64,000 bases of DNA from an uncultured Fibrobacterota bacterium (GTDB taxonomy: Bacteria; Fibrobacterota; Chitinivibrionia; Chitinivibrionales; FEN-1185). The notes beneath the pieces are model-generated. The model was given only the letters and a program-made list of their open reading frames with translations. It was not told the DNA's origin and did no database searches. The stretch covers positions 128,001 to 192,000 of the forward strand of contig CAVSQB010000003.1 in the NCBI GenBank assembly GCA_963729895.1, given 5' to 3'. The position numbers and the translations under genes are program-made. The number at the start of each line of letters is the position of its first letter. Position 1 is the stretch's first letter. Shown here piece after piece: positions 1 through 11,092 of the stretch.

Positions 1-95
1 TTTCAGGTTATGCGATATCCGATTAAATATAAATAATTCGACCTATAATATAGCAAATGCACTGGTGCAAGCGAAAGAGATAGTAATTGGGATAA

Positions 96-128
96 GGGGA
101 CCGCCGCGCAGCGGCGGGGCGCCCAGAT
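96..128 (-). repeat. Truncated (5' part only) copy of structured intergenic repeat family 1
   Basis: Minus strand reads TGGGCGCCCC-GCCGCTGCGC-GGCGGTCCCC, matching the 5' end of the copies at 1436, 10851, 22543 and 34191; ~13 nt downstream of the 139 stop codon. Confidence 0.55.
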
Positions 129-138
129 TCATCTTTAC

Positions 139-1095
139 TTATGGACCAGCCTGATTTTTCAGTAACGCCATTATCGTATCCGTCACCCTGAGAACTCCAA
201 GCGCCTCCTGGCCCGACACGCCGGATTGGCCGGGTGCGCCCCTTATTGCAGCGACGAATACGGCGAGTTCGGCCTCGAGGGCATCCACATGCCGACGCTT
301 GTCCTTGGAAAATTCCACGGGCAGGAGCGCGCCCGGGCGCGCAGGCCCGGTGAGAAAATAGTGCTCTATTTCCTCTTTGTCTAGGTCAACCGAGTAATAA
401 TTGTCCCGCGCGAACAGCCGCAGCTTGCGCATCCGGTTTGCGGATATGCGGCTGGCGGTGCAGTTCACCACGCAGCCGGAAGGAAAGGGGATACGAACGT
501 TGGCGATGTCGATGCCGCCCGACACCACGGGCACGCCCGTGGCGGCGATCGCGTCGTAGCGCGGCTCTTCCCCGAGCAGCCGCAGGATAAGCTGCAAATC
601 GTGCACCATGAGGTCGAGGATCACCGATACGTCGGTGCCTCGAGGCGAATACTGCGCAAGGCGGTGGATCTCTATGAACTTGGGCACCGGCGCAAGCGAC
701 AGCAGCTTCACGAAAGCGGAATTGAACGCCTCCGAATGACCCACATGCAGCACCACCCCCTGTTCCCGTGCGCGCTGGACGAGCGCGTTCCCCTCATCGT
801 ATGACGGCGCGAGCGGTTTTTCCACCAGAACATGCCTGCGCGCGTCAAGGCAGGCCATGGCGACGGGAACGTGTGTGGACGACGGCGTGGCGACAATAAG
901 CGCGCCCGTTGCGGCGATGAGCTTGTCGATGTCGTCCCAGGCTGCGACGCCGAATTTCTTCGACACTTCGGTCCTGCGCTGCGGCGACACGTCGTAGAAC
1001 CCCGCGCACTCGACGTCCTTGTTTTTGAGGCATTTCTGGATGTGGTACGACCCCAGGACGCCCGCGCCGATCACGCCGACCTTCACTTCAGCCAT
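139..1095 (-). CDS. Gfo/Idh/MocA family NAD-dependent oxidoreductase (GnnA-like)
   Basis: N-terminal GVIGAGVLG Rossmann motif, VEKP motif, DLMVHD motif; overlaps upstream ORF. Confidence 0.85.
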   Translation of the reverse strand: MAEVKVGVIGAGVLGSYHIQKCLKNKDVECAGFYDVSPQRRTEVSKKFGVAAWDDIDKLIAATGALIVATPSSTHVPVAMACLDARRHVLVEKPLAPSYDEGNALVQRAREQGVVLHVGHSEAFNSAFVKLLSLAPVPKFIEIHRLAQYSPRGTDVSVILDLMVHDLQLILRLLGEEPRYDAIAATGVPVVSGGIDIANVRIPFPSGCVVNCTASRISANRMRKLRLFARDNYYSVDLDKEEIEHYFLTGPARPGALLPVEFSKDKRRHVDALEAELAVFVAAIRGAPGQSGVSGQEALGVLRVTDTIMALLKNQAGP

Positions 1096-1366
1096 TGCGT
1101 TCTCCTTTGCCGTTTCCCCAGTCGTCTTCGCCGAGCAGTGTGCGCACGCGCGGCGGCAGATGGACGGCCGAGGGATCGATTCTTCTCACTGCGTCTAGAT
1201 ACAATTCCTTTTCTATCGCCGGCGGGATACTGTTGCGTAAAAATAGTATATACCGGTCTTCCATCTTCACCAGACCGCCGGGCGTGTCGAACGAGCCCCT
1301 GCGGATTTCCACACCCATGTTTTCGAGCGTACGGAGAAGAAGGACGGCGTCGGGGTCGGGTTTCAT
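1088..1366 (-). CDS. Hypothetical protein (92 aa)
   Basis: ATG start, protein-like composition, stop overlaps start of the oxidoreductase gene. Confidence 0.65.
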   Translation of the reverse strand: MKPDPDAVLLLRTLENMGVEIRRGSFDTPGGLVKMEDRYILFLRNSIPPAIEKELYLDAVRRIDPSAVHLPPRVRTLLGEDDWGNGKGERNG

Positions 1367-1435
1367 AGGGTTGACAAGCTAATGGGTAAGTGTGCGAATG
1401 CGTTGTGACCTTGACAATTGTGGTAATTGACTTCT

Positions 1436-1582
1436 GCCCAGCGCCAGGACGGACTGAAAGGCGCACCGGAGTGCGGTGCCGGCCGACCCCGGCCGCAGGC
1501 CATTGGGGCCGGTCCGGCACCGAGGCCGCAGGCCGAGCCTGCAAGGAGGGCCGCCGCTGCAAAGCAGCGGGGCACCCCAATC
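1436..1582 (-). repeat. Structured intergenic repeat family 1, copy A (candidate ncRNA/REP-like element)
   Basis: Minus strand: TTGGGGTGCCCC[hairpin]GGCGGCCCTCC..GGCCTGCGGCC..GGTGCCGG..CCGGCACC..GTCCGTCCTGGCGC; aligns with copies at 10851, 22543, 34191. Confidence 0.8.
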
Positions 1583-1598
1583 TCGTTTTTGAATCTTC

Positions 1599-3758
1599 TC
1601 AACCCCTTGACGCGTCAACTATTCTCTCCCTCAGCCTCGAAAACCGCTCCTGGGTCCGGTTGTTCCGCACCGCAATCGCCAGCGCGCGCGGCATGCCCAC
1701 AAGCACGCAGAGCTTCCGGGCACGTGTTATAGCGGTGTAGATCAGATTGCGTTGCAGCATGATGAAATGCTGCGTGGTCACCGGTATCACCACTGCCGGA
1801 AACTCGCATCCCTGGCTTTTATGGATGCTGATGCAGTACGCGTGAACCAATTCGTCGAGATGCTTGGGTTCATACATCACCCGCTGGCCGTCAAACTCGA
1901 CGGCAACGTTGCTTTCGTCAACGATGTCCGCTATGAACCCGATGTCGCCGTTGAACACGCCGCGGTCGTAATCGTTTCTCACCTGCATCACCTTGTCGCC
2001 CCGGCCGAACACCGTGTCGCCGCGGCGGATGGTTTGCGGGTCGGGATTGAGGGCGTGCTGGAGCAGCGCATTGAGGTTCTGCGTTCCCAAAACGCCCCTG
2101 TGGATGGGAGACAGCACCTGGATATCCGCGGCCGGGTTGAGCCGGTAGCGGCCGGGCAGGCGCTTCGTAACCAGGTCCACGATCGTGGCGCAGCAGCGAT
2201 CCGGGTCTTCTTCCTTTACAAAAAATAGATTCCCTTCCCTGTCGTTGGGAATGTCGGGCACCCTGCCGGCAATGATATCGTGCGCGGCACAAACGATGCG
2301 GCTCGCCGCGGCCTGGCGAAACACCCTGGTGAGCTCCACGTGCGGGATCTTTTGCGACGCAATCATGTCGCCGAGTACGGCGCCCGGACCGATCGACGGA
2401 AGCTGGTTGCTGTCGCCCACGAACAACAGCGCGGTGCCAGGCCGGGCGGCGGCACAAAAGCTCTTCATGAGCGGAATATCGATCATCGAGACTTCGTCTA
2501 CGATTATCATGTCGGCGTCAACGGGATTGCTTGCGTCCCTTGCGAAACGGAAACCCCCGCCGCCCGGCCTGAACTCCAGCAGCCGGTGGAGCGTGCTCGC
2601 CCGCAGCCCCGCAATGTTTCCCATGCGCTGCGCCGCCCTGCCCGTGGGCGCGGCAAGCGCAACGGCAATGTTGTGCTCGCGCAAAAACGATACAATCACC
2701 TGCAGCGTGGTGGTTTTTCCCGTGCCCGGCCCGCCCGTGAGTACGCTTGCTCCGTGCGACAGGGCGGCATGCACCGCCGCGATCTGTTTTTCGTCCGCGC
2801 TCCAGCCGGTCTTTTTTGAATATGCCTTGAGCCAGACATCGACGTACCTGTTGTCGTATTTGGCGACCGCCCGGTTCGGTTGCTGCGCCTGCGCCGCAAG
2901 GAAGCCGGCCACCGCGCATTCGGCGCCGTAGAGGTGCGGCAGGTATATCCTGTTTTCGTCGTTCACGAGCACGCCTTCGCGCACGATGTGGTCGAGCGAA
3001 AACAGCGCCTTGTCCTCGCCCACCTCGAGAATTTCCGCCGCGCGCGCCACAAGCGCGGTTGACGCCAGGTAGGTGTTGCCGTCTGCGGCCGCCTCGGACA
3101 TGACAAACGATAATCCGGCGCGTATCCGTTTGAACGAATCGTGTTCGAACCCAAGTTTCTGCGCGATGGCGTCCGCTTTCCTAAACCCCACGCCCCACAC
3201 GTCGTCGATGAGGCAATACGGGTTTTGCGAAATCCTTTCCCGCGCCGCCCCGCCGTAGGCGCCGTAGATCTTGGCCGCCATGTTCACCGTGATCGCGCAC
3301 TCCTGCAGAAACACCATGAGTTCGCGGATGTTTTTTCTCTTTTGCCAGGCCCCAACGATCCTGGCAAGGGTTTTCTTTCCGATGCCGCGCACCTCGAGCA
3401 GGCGCTCCGGTTTCTTGTCTAGTATGTCAAGCGTCTCCAGGCCAAACACGTCTACGATCATCTTCGCGCGCGCCACCCCGATGTTGTCGATGAGGCCGCT
3501 GCCGAGCAGGGCTGCGATGCCGTCGAGGGTGAGCGGCCGCACCGTCTCGTACGATTTAACCGCGAACTGCCTGCCAAATCTTTCGTGGAGTTCCCATTCT
3601 CCGGACGCCCTGAGCGATTCGCCCGGCTCCAGAGCGGGCATTTGGCCGACGCACTGCACCGGCGCGGCGGCCCCCGCGACTGCGAGCTTGAGAACGGTGA
3701 ATCCGTTCTCCTCGTTGCGGAAGGTGATGTCCAGTATTGTTCCTTCTATCGCAAGCAT
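1599..3758 (-). CDS. recD2: ATP-dependent RecD-like DNA helicase (RecD2)
   Basis: N-terminal OB-fold (FRNEENGFTV), HhH region, Walker A GGPGTGKTT, VDEVSM, AYCISIHKSQGCEF, LIYTAITRA. Confidence 0.95.
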   Translation of the reverse strand: MLAIEGTILDITFRNEENGFTVLKLAVAGAAAPVQCVGQMPALEPGESLRASGEWELHERFGRQFAVKSYETVRPLTLDGIAALLGSGLIDNIGVARAKMIVDVFGLETLDILDKKPERLLEVRGIGKKTLARIVGAWQKRKNIRELMVFLQECAITVNMAAKIYGAYGGAARERISQNPYCLIDDVWGVGFRKADAIAQKLGFEHDSFKRIRAGLSFVMSEAAADGNTYLASTALVARAAEILEVGEDKALFSLDHIVREGVLVNDENRIYLPHLYGAECAVAGFLAAQAQQPNRAVAKYDNRYVDVWLKAYSKKTGWSADEKQIAAVHAALSHGASVLTGGPGTGKTTTLQVIVSFLREHNIAVALAAPTGRAAQRMGNIAGLRASTLHRLLEFRPGGGGFRFARDASNPVDADMIIVDEVSMIDIPLMKSFCAAARPGTALLFVGDSNQLPSIGPGAVLGDMIASQKIPHVELTRVFRQAAASRIVCAAHDIIAGRVPDIPNDREGNLFFVKEEDPDRCCATIVDLVTKRLPGRYRLNPAADIQVLSPIHRGVLGTQNLNALLQHALNPDPQTIRRGDTVFGRGDKVMQVRNDYDRGVFNGDIGFIADIVDESNVAVEFDGQRVMYEPKHLDELVHAYCISIHKSQGCEFPAVVIPVTTQHFIMLQRNLIYTAITRARKLCVLVGMPRALAIAVRNNRTQERFSRLRERIVDASRG

Positions 3759-3865
3759 GATAACCCTAACCCCGCCCTTTCTCCCGGGAAGATGGCGGAA
3801 ATATGGAATAGTTGTCGGGAAAGCATTGCGGTAACGCGGCTAAAACCCGTTCATAGATAAAATAG

Positions 3866-3895
3866 AAAAGGGTGAGAACTACTCTCACCCTTTTT
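3866..3895. terminator. Intrinsic terminator downstream of the small basic peptide gene
   Basis: AAAAGGGTGAGA-actac-TCTCACCCTTTTT perfect hairpin flanked by A/T runs. Confidence 0.75.
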
Positions 3896-3920
3896 GGAAA
3901 AATTCCGGGGCCCGAAGCCC

Positions 3921-4022
3921 TTACGCCTGCCACGTCCTTTTTTTGTGGCGGGAGAGCCTTCTCTTTTTCTTCCGCTTGTGCCTGTTGATCTTCGCCTTCC
4001 GGTGCTTCTTGACACTTGACAT
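3921..4022 (-). CDS. 33-aa highly basic peptide, AURKAIP1/COX24 (bS22-like) family
   Basis: Manual translation MSSVKKHRKAKINRHKRKKKRRLSRHKKRTWQA*; AAGGA RBS upstream; terminator downstream; below ORF-track cutoff. Confidence 0.85.
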   Translation of the reverse strand: MSSVKKHRKAKINRHKRKKKRRLSRHKKRTWQA

Positions 4023-4313
4023 ACGAGCGTGATCCTTTCGAAGAATACGTTATGCGTTCGTGATACCCGCGCTACCGGGTGTCACTTGATAAAATGAATT
4101 GCGCGGGGGAAGGAGTCAAGAACGGGAAGAGGCGGCGGCGATATTCGTGGAGGTACGCGGAGTAGAGACTTCTGCCCGGGGTCGGCCACAAAGAAGGATT
4201 TCCCCTTCCTGCAGAAATACAACGGTTGTCTATGACGGACAATGCAAATTTACAAGACTGTTGTAAGATTGCATGAGGGTGAAGTGGATGTCATAGGAGA
4301 TAGAACTGAACTA

Positions 4314-4589
4314 CTACCGGTCAGCATTAAGCCTTCTTATTCTTAATTTCTCCACATGTTTGTCAAGTAATAATACTTTTCCGTCTTTTACGCATAAAGC
4401 TTCAAGGTTATCCGGATATTGTAAAACTATCTTCTTGACTACGGAGTCGGTTGCGCTAACAAACAATTTGTTAATCTTGTTTGGATTATGGCTTTGCTCC
4501 ACATATGGGTTTTCATCGAAAAAGATACTATAGTGATTAATAATTAACGTCGGCAAAATCATTCTCTTAAACTCAAAGCCATCAAACAC
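4314..4589 (-). CDS. AT-rich hypothetical ORF or gene remnant
   Basis: 91-aa ORF in a conspicuously AT-rich patch; no good RBS/start, no recognised motif. Confidence 0.35.
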   Translation of the reverse strand: MFDGFEFKRMILPTLIINHYSIFFDENPYVEQSHNPNKINKLFVSATDSVVKKIVLQYPDNLEALCVKDGKVLLLDKHVEKLRIRRLNADR

Positions 4590-4828
4590 ATAGTAATCGC
4601 GGAGGCCTTCACTACATGATACAAAACACCCTCTGAGGTTGTTTGAAGAAAACCGCCATCTTGATAATGGGAAAACAGATGAGAATTGCCAAACTGCTAT
4701 TTGCTGAGGAGCAAACTCCTGCTGCTTTTCCAGTAGGAAGCCGCAGCCCTACCCTACCGAACTTGTTTGCTGCGTTGTAGATGCCCATCTCATTGCGCTT
4801 CAGGAAATGAGAAAACCCCTTCGCCTCC

Positions 4829-7141
4829 TCACCGCACAACACAAACCCTCCCCCGCCTCTCCCAATCACTCCCCGACCCCTTGACGCTGAATACGTACGC
4901 ATACATGCCCTGGCCGATTTTCCCGGCCTTGCCCATCTCGGCCGCGAGATCAATTGAGTAGCTTCCCGCTTCCATGGACGATTGAGCCATTGCGAATATC
5001 CGCCGTCCCCTGCAATCGTACACCGCAAACGTCACGCTGCTTGAAGAAACCAGTTCATACTTTACCACGCTGCCCTGTTGCCAAAAAGATAGCGCCTGGT
5101 TCTTTACCGCACGCGATGAAACAGCGAGGCTGGTGTCGCTGCAGACCAGGATCTGAGAGGAAAACGGCGCCAAAAGAAGCGGGCCGGTGACCGGCCTGTT
5201 GTCAAGATCGACCCACGTTCCGGCTGCAACGGCAAATGATTGCTGCGACGGGCTTTCATTGATGAAGATGGTGCCTGTGCCGTAGGACTTGGCCGCGCTC
5301 ATGCCCGGCGGCCGCTTGATCGGGTCGGTCTTTGCCGTACCATCGGCCCATGAATACAACGTATTCCACTGGCCGAGCGTGTAATCGTACAGGGTGTAGT
5401 AGTTGTTTCCGGTCCCATAGCCGCACACGACCGAGTCGGTGTAAGGGTTGCAGAAATAATTCCCGGTGAGCGCGCCGTAGTTGTACTCGGGCCTGAACTC
5501 GAGCGCGTCTTCCGGCCGCGCGGCCGAGTAGCATACGTTTCCGGCTATCACGTTGCCCTGCGGAAGATTCTGCGTGCGGCCCGCACTGCTGTTTGTCAAT
5601 TGGCCGTCGAGATCGAGCTGGGCGATTGCGTTGTCGAACAGGACATTGCTCTTTACCGTGTCGGCGAAATTGTTGGGAAGATAGATGCCGTTGCAGCCGC
5701 TGCGGACCACGGTGTTGTTCTCCACCACGCTCTGGTGAAAATCGCCAAGAAACTCAAGCCATATTCCCTGTCCCAGAGGATACCACGGGCCGCTCGACGT
5801 AAGATCACCCTTGGTGTCGTAGATGATGTTGTTGGTCATATGGCTCCTGCTGCAGTCGGCATAAATCGCGCCGCCGTCGTTGAGCGTCCACATGGCCCGC
5901 TTGATGATGTTGCAATACACGAAATTGCTGTCGCTCCCCAGCAGGATCGCGGCGTATCCTGTCTTGTCAACGTAGTTGTAGCGCACCTGGACCCCTGAGC
6001 TCAGGTGGACCAGAATGCCCACGGCATGCCAGGTGCCGGTGCCGCCGTATCCGGCAAACGATCCGGTATTGAGCAGCGTATCGTGTTCGATGATCGATTG
6101 CCCCTTGCGGCCGGAATTCTCGTACCACGAAATGCCGAGGTTCAGGTTGTTTTCGAACAGGTTGTTGAAGACATGGGAATTGGCGATGTCCCAGGACGCG
6201 CTGAGCGCGCTCCCGCCGCTGTCGCCGCCTATCCACTCGAATCTGCAGTTGGAAACAGCGCTGGTCCCGGAGAATATCAAGCCGTTTTCGAGCTGGTGCC
6301 GGAAGCAAATGTTGTCCACCGTGCCGCCGCCGAGCCGCATGCCATAAGTCAAGTACGAACCTTCGACGAGCATGGTATTCGGGTCTGCGCCGCCCGGCGG
6401 GTACAGGTAGACTTTGCCGGTCGTTGCATCGTAAAACCATTCCCCGGGCGCGTTGAGTTCCTCGAATTTATTGTCGATGTAAAAGCCCCAGCCCCTGGTT
6501 CCGTCGCTCGGATCGATGTGGATGACGCTTGCGCCCGCAAGATACAGCTTGCCCGACGCGTCATAGTTCGAAATGCGCCGCGTTTCGAACCACCAGCTCC
6601 AGCGCCGCCAGCGGATTTGAGCATTTGTCCAGTACCCCGCCGCGTTGCCGGGGTGCTGCGCGAGCGCCGCCACCGTAATGACGGTGTTGGAGCCGTCCGC
6701 GTTTTCGGTCATGGTGTCCACGCGCAGCCATCCGGTGTCGGGATACCGCGCAAGGGTCATCATGGAGTCGTTGACAAACAATTTCTGGATGCCGTGCGCG
6801 CATGAAGCGACCCAGATTGATCCTTTGTAAACGCTCCAGGCCGTGATGGCCGCGCTGCCGCTGATCACCGGTTGCGGGCCGGCAGATCCGTACGCGCCGA
6901 TGACCGGGTTGGAAACGGCGGAAAGGTTCAGGGTGTCTCTGAAGACGCCCTGCCGCTTGAGCAACAGCGTGTCCCTGGACCGCACTTTTGTGCTTGCGTA
7001 TGACAACGTCGCAAAGGCGGCGCTGTCGCTTGTACCGGCGTTCCCGTCGCTGCCGGAGTTGGAACAGTAATAGGTGGCCGCACAAGCATTGAAGGGTAAT
7101 GCGATAGCTACGATGATGATAAAAATGAAGAGGAGTTTCAT
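4829..7141 (-). CDS. Secreted right-handed parallel beta-helix (pectin-lyase-like) protein with T9SS/FlgD-like C-terminal domain
   Basis: Signal peptide MKLLFIFIII.., YYCSNSGSDGNAG, ARYPDTGW, PGEWFYD, DGGAIY, Asn-ladder repeats, C-terminal VYDCRGRRI; start moved to ATG 7141. Confidence 0.8.
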   Translation of the reverse strand: MKLLFIFIIIVAIALPFNACAATYYCSNSGSDGNAGTSDSAAFATLSYASTKVRSRDTLLLKRQGVFRDTLNLSAVSNPVIGAYGSAGPQPVISGSAAITAWSVYKGSIWVASCAHGIQKLFVNDSMMTLARYPDTGWLRVDTMTENADGSNTVITVAALAQHPGNAAGYWTNAQIRWRRWSWWFETRRISNYDASGKLYLAGASVIHIDPSDGTRGWGFYIDNKFEELNAPGEWFYDATTGKVYLYPPGGADPNTMLVEGSYLTYGMRLGGGTVDNICFRHQLENGLIFSGTSAVSNCRFEWIGGDSGGSALSASWDIANSHVFNNLFENNLNLGISWYENSGRKGQSIIEHDTLLNTGSFAGYGGTGTWHAVGILVHLSSGVQVRYNYVDKTGYAAILLGSDSNFVYCNIIKRAMWTLNDGGAIYADCSRSHMTNNIIYDTKGDLTSSGPWYPLGQGIWLEFLGDFHQSVVENNTVVRSGCNGIYLPNNFADTVKSNVLFDNAIAQLDLDGQLTNSSAGRTQNLPQGNVIAGNVCYSAARPEDALEFRPEYNYGALTGNYFCNPYTDSVVCGYGTGNNYYTLYDYTLGQWNTLYSWADGTAKTDPIKRPPGMSAAKSYGTGTIFINESPSQQSFAVAAGTWVDLDNRPVTGPLLLAPFSSQILVCSDTSLAVSSRAVKNQALSFWQQGSVVKYELVSSSSVTFAVYDCRGRRIFAMAQSSMEAGSYSIDLAAEMGKAGKIGQGMYAYVFSVKGSGSDWERRGRVCVVR

Positions 7142-7461
7142 AAGAAGTCCTTGGCAAATATTGAAATCTTCATGGCTCAACATCTGAAGAATTATTTTTA
7201 TCTGCGTGAATCTGCGATTCGGACGTTCTTGTCAGCCCGCCGTCTTTCCGTCATCCCGCTTCTCTTTAGAATATACGGTTCATTCAACTTTTTGTCAACA
7301 TTGACGGCGAGGGCCTGGACAACTTTTCTGGAAAGTTCTAGAAAATGAAACTTTCGTTTGGGGAACCGGGATCGCAGATCCAGACAACACGATGGTGACC
7401 AAAAAACCTTCATGATCGGGCCACCAGTCGCCCATAGGGCGGAAGTTTTCTTTGAATAAAC

Positions 7462-8289
7462 TTACTGCAAAAAGAAACCCAGCAGCGCCTCGGCGATCCC
7501 CTGGGCTGTCTGGTCGAATTCCTGGTCTTTGCAGTAAATCTGCAGAATCTCGAGCGCCGTGAGAAGGTCGGCCTTGGTGAGATCGGTATCTTCCCCTGCG
7601 AGCCGTGCCGCAAGGTCTTCGACATTATCAAAGTAGAACACGATACGGCCGTCGCGGTTCTCGATGTCGTCGATTTCGCCCTGCAGGCGCCCGGCGTACC
7701 GGATGATGACGCTCTTCTCTTCCGGCGTGAAGTGGACGTCCGTGATGCGCGTATCGTCCAGGTCGGACTGCTGGATCTCGTCGAAACTGAACGACGCGAG
7801 CCGTTCCTTCACATCCGAGTGCCTCACTCGGTAGACGCCGTCAACCAGGTCGAAATGGCCCGCCACGAGTGCCATCGCCTTGTCAACGGAGTCCTTGTGC
7901 ACGTACACGCCCGCCTGCACGGGCGTATTCTGCGGGCCGGGCAGGGCGGCCGGTTGCACGCTTGTGTCGAGAAAGAACGGCACATCTTCGTCCCCGAACA
8001 TGGCGCGGATCACAACGCCGTCGGTGCGGGAAAAAGACCCCGACAGCTTCACGAAATCGTCTCGTTTGAGGTGGAGCACGCTCACATTGCCCTGGTCGCC
8101 GAGCTCGCCCACAAGGCCTTTCTTCCCGTATTCGTCGATCTCCTCCTTGCCAATGCCGCGGCGCACAAGCTCGGCCTCCATGGTCTTGATCGCCTCCGGG
8201 GTATACTCGTCGCGCAAGTGAACATACTGTTCGAGAAGAAACGGCGTAGGATAGCCCTGGACAAGTTCGTGCAACACGGGATACGACAC
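7462..8289 (-). CDS. Hypothetical acidic protein (~275 aa)
   Basis: GTG start at 8289 preceded by AGGAGGG; strong GC3 coding bias. Confidence 0.7.
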   Translation of the reverse strand: MSYPVLHELVQGYPTPFLLEQYVHLRDEYTPEAIKTMEAELVRRGIGKEEIDEYGKKGLVGELGDQGNVSVLHLKRDDFVKLSGSFSRTDGVVIRAMFGDEDVPFFLDTSVQPAALPGPQNTPVQAGVYVHKDSVDKAMALVAGHFDLVDGVYRVRHSDVKERLASFSFDEIQQSDLDDTRITDVHFTPEEKSVIIRYAGRLQGEIDDIENRDGRIVFYFDNVEDLAARLAGEDTDLTKADLLTALEILQIYCKDQEFDQTAQGIAEALLGFFLQ

Positions 8290-8471
8290 GGTGGCCCTCC
8301 TGTGTGAAGCTGGGTGCCCGGCGCGGCGAAAGCGCGCCGCCGGGCTTCCGAAAATATACGATAGCGGCGGGCCATGAGTCACTTTGGCGCCGCAACTTTC
8401 TTCACTGATTCCCACGCCGTCCGGCGCTTCGCACAATGGTCAGGTTGCCTTGACGGCCCGCCGTACTGTTC

Positions 8472-10781
8472 TCACAACCTGACATTCCTCAACCGCAGCG
8501 CATTCGTAATCACCGACACCGACGAAAAGCTCATTGCCGCGGCGGCAATGATGGGACTCAGCAGAATTCCGAACAGCGGATACAGCGCCCCGGCCGCAAC
8601 CGGCACCCCGATTGCATTGTAGACAAATGCAAACAGCAGGTTCTGCCTGATGTTTCTCATGGTAGCGCGGCTGAGGCGCCGAGCGCGGACAATACCCGTA
8701 AGTTCTCCTTTTATAAGTGTCACGCCGGCGCTTTCCATGGCCACGTCCGTTCCGGTTCCCATCGCAATGCCCACCTGCGCCTGTGCGAGTGCAGGTGCGT
8801 CGTTGATGCCGTCCCCAGCCATGGCAACAATCCTGCCCTCTCCCTGCAGCCGCCTGACCGCCTCGGCTTTCTGGCCGGGCAGCACTTCGGCGATCACCTC
8901 GTGGATGCCGAGTTTACCCGCAATTGCCCGGGCGCTGGACTCGTTGTCGCCGGTCAACATCACAATACGCAATCCCTCTCTGCGAAGCTCCTGCAAGGCA
9001 CGCGGCGTCGATTCCTTGATTGTGTCCGACACCACGATTACGCCCGCGGCCTTGCCGTCGACGGCAACGTACGTTACGCCCTTTGCTTCCCCAGCCGCAG
9101 CCTCGGCTGCCTTCAGAAGTTCGGGCGGAAACGCGGACACGCCCGCCACAAAGGCGAAATTCCCCAATGTCACATGACGCGCCTGTACTGTTCCCGCAAC
9201 GCCGCGCCCGGCCGTTGAAGCAAAGCTTGTCGCTTCGACAAAGGCTATGCCGCGTAACGCAGCGGCTTGGGTTATCGCGGCCGCCAGCGGATGCTCGCTT
9301 TTCTTCTCCAGCCCGGCGACCAGCCCAAGCACTTCGCTTTCGGTAAAGCCCTGCGCGGGAAGCACCGCGGTCACCGCGGGTCTCCCCAGAGTCAATGTTC
9401 CCGTCTTGTCAATTACAAGCGTGTCGACCTTTCCCAGCACTTCCACGGCGGCCGCGTCCCGGAAGAGCACGCCCGAACCGGCGGCCCTGCCCATGGCCAC
9501 CATGATCGACATGGGCGTTGCAAGGCCCAGGGCGCAGGGGCATGCGATGATGAGCACGGCTAGTGCGTTTACCAACGCGTATGTCATGGCTGGGGCCGGG
9601 CCGAAAAGCGCCCACACGGCAAACGTCAGCACCGACGCGGCGACCACGGCAGGAACGAAATACAAGGCGACGCGGTCGGCCAGTTTTTGGACAGGCGGGC
9701 GGCTGCGCTGTGCGGCAGCCACCATGGCAACTATATGAGCCAGGAGAGTCCGGGCCCCAACGGCCTTTGCTTCCATCACAAGTGAGCCTGCCATGTTCAC
9801 GGTTGAGCCGATCACGGAGTCACCCTTGTGTTTTTCAACAGGCATGGGCTCGCCGGTCACCATGGATTCGTCTACCGCGCCGCTTCCTTCGATCACCACG
9901 CCGTCAACCGGCACCTTCTCACCCGGCCGAACGCGCAGCCTGTCGCCGTGTTGTATCGTGTCGATGAGCACAGGCTCCTCGGTACCGCCGGCCGAGACCT
10001 TCACGGCTGTCTTTGGTGCGAGCGACAGGAGCGCCCGAATGGCGTCCCCGGTTCTCTGCCGCGCCCGAAGCTCCAGGACTTGTCCCAGCAAAACGAGCGT
10101 CACGATAGATGCCGACGCCTCGAAATACACGCCGATTGCTCCGTGGCCGTCTCTGAACACGGCCGGAAACAGGCCCGGGAACAGCGTTGCCGCGACGCTA
10201 TACAAATACGACACCGCGACCCCGCAGCCGATGAGCGTGAACATGTTCGGACTTCTGTTGACAACAGAGTTCCATGCTCGGACGACAAACGGCAATCCGG
10301 CCCATAGCACCACCGGCGTCGCAAGGACGAGTTCGACCCAGTGCACTCCGGCCATCCACACGTGCGGCATGATGCGTGGAACCATTGGGAGCATGGCAAC
10401 AAACACCAGCGGCACGGAAATAGCAAGGCTTGTCCAGAACCTGCGGGTCATGTCGACAAGCTCCGGATTCTTTTCATCTGCAACCGATATCGTTTCCGGC
10501 TCCAGTGCCATGCCGCATTTGGGGCAGGCGCCCATGACGGGAGAACGCACTTCCGGGTCCATGGGGCAGATGTAGAACGTTCCGTGAGGGGGAGTTGAAG
10601 GCTGAGGTTGCTTGACCGGATTCAAGTAACGCTCGGGATCGGTTCTGAATTTGACCAGGCAGTCCTCCGAACAGAACCGATACGTAACGCCTTTGTGAAC
10701 GTAGGAACGGGTCCATTGCGGCGTTTCTGTCATGCCGCAGACTGGGTCTCTTTTCTGCTTGTTCATCTGGTTTTCTAGCAT
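8472..10781 (-). CDS. copA: Cu(I)/Ag(I)-translocating P1B-type ATPase with N-terminal YHS and heavy-metal-binding domains
   Basis: DPVCGM..FCSEDC (YHS), [36 protein letters not shown] and MSFSS motifs; real start ~10781/10766. Confidence 0.93.
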   Translation of the reverse strand: MLENQMNKQKRDPVCGMTETPQWTRSYVHKGVTYRFCSEDCLVKFRTDPERYLNPVKQPQPSTPPHGTFYICPMDPEVRSPVMGACPKCGMALEPETISVADEKNPELVDMTRRFWTSLAISVPLVFVAMLPMVPRIMPHVWMAGVHWVELVLATPVVLWAGLPFVVRAWNSVVNRSPNMFTLIGCGVAVSYLYSVAATLFPGLFPAVFRDGHGAIGVYFEASASIVTLVLLGQVLELRARQRTGDAIRALLSLAPKTAVKVSAGGTEEPVLIDTIQHGDRLRVRPGEKVPVDGVVIEGSGAVDESMVTGEPMPVEKHKGDSVIGSTVNMAGSLVMEAKAVGARTLLAHIVAMVAAAQRSRPPVQKLADRVALYFVPAVVAASVLTFAVWALFGPAPAMTYALVNALAVLIIACPCALGLATPMSIMVAMGRAAGSGVLFRDAAAVEVLGKVDTLVIDKTGTLTLGRPAVTAVLPAQGFTESEVLGLVAGLEKKSEHPLAAAITQAAALRGIAFVEATSFASTAGRGVAGTVQARHVTLGNFAFVAGVSAFPPELLKAAEAAAGEAKGVTYVAVDGKAAGVIVVSDTIKESTPRALQELRREGLRIVMLTGDNESSARAIAGKLGIHEVIAEVLPGQKAEAVRRLQGEGRIVAMAGDGINDAPALAQAQVGIAMGTGTDVAMESAGVTLIKGELTGIVRARRLSRATMRNIRQNLLFAFVYNAIGVPVAAGALYPLFGILLSPIIAAAAMSFSSVSVITNALRLRNVRL

Positions 10782-10850
10782 GGTTGATGAAATCCGCGTC
10801 CTTCTGTTGTTGGTCAATATTGTTTGTCGGGATTCGGCAAGATTACTTCT

Positions 10851-11054
10851 GCCCGCGCGCCAAGCTGGACCAGTAGGGTGCGGTAGCGCTCCGCGCTTCG
10901 TTATTGTGTCCCTTGCCTTGTGCCGGTCGACCCCGCCGAAGGCATAGGGGCGATCCGGCAACGGAGGCCGAACGGCAGACGACCCTTGGAAGCACCCGAA
11001 GGGGTGGCCCGGAGGGAGGACCGACCCAAGCGAAGCGAGGGGAACGCCCAACTC
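10851..11054 (-). repeat. Structured intergenic repeat family 1, copy B (with insertions)
   Basis: Minus strand TTGGGCGTTCCCC[hairpin]GGTCGGTCCTCC..GCCGTTCGGCC..TGCCGG..TATGCCTTCGGC..CCGGCAC..GGTCCAGCTTGGCGC between cusA and copA. Confidence 0.75.
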
Positions 11055-11092
11055 TTATTTTACTTCGTGAGGCGGCGGAGCACCCAACTTTT

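Noticed and set aside
4160..4190. GACTTCTGCCC match to the end of repeat family 1
   Set aside because: Only ~11 nt match; the rest of the element is absent.
10782..11051. 90-aa N-terminal extension of CopA in the ORF track
   Set aside because: It runs through the GC-rich structured repeat; recognisable protein starts at the YHS domain (~10781/10766).
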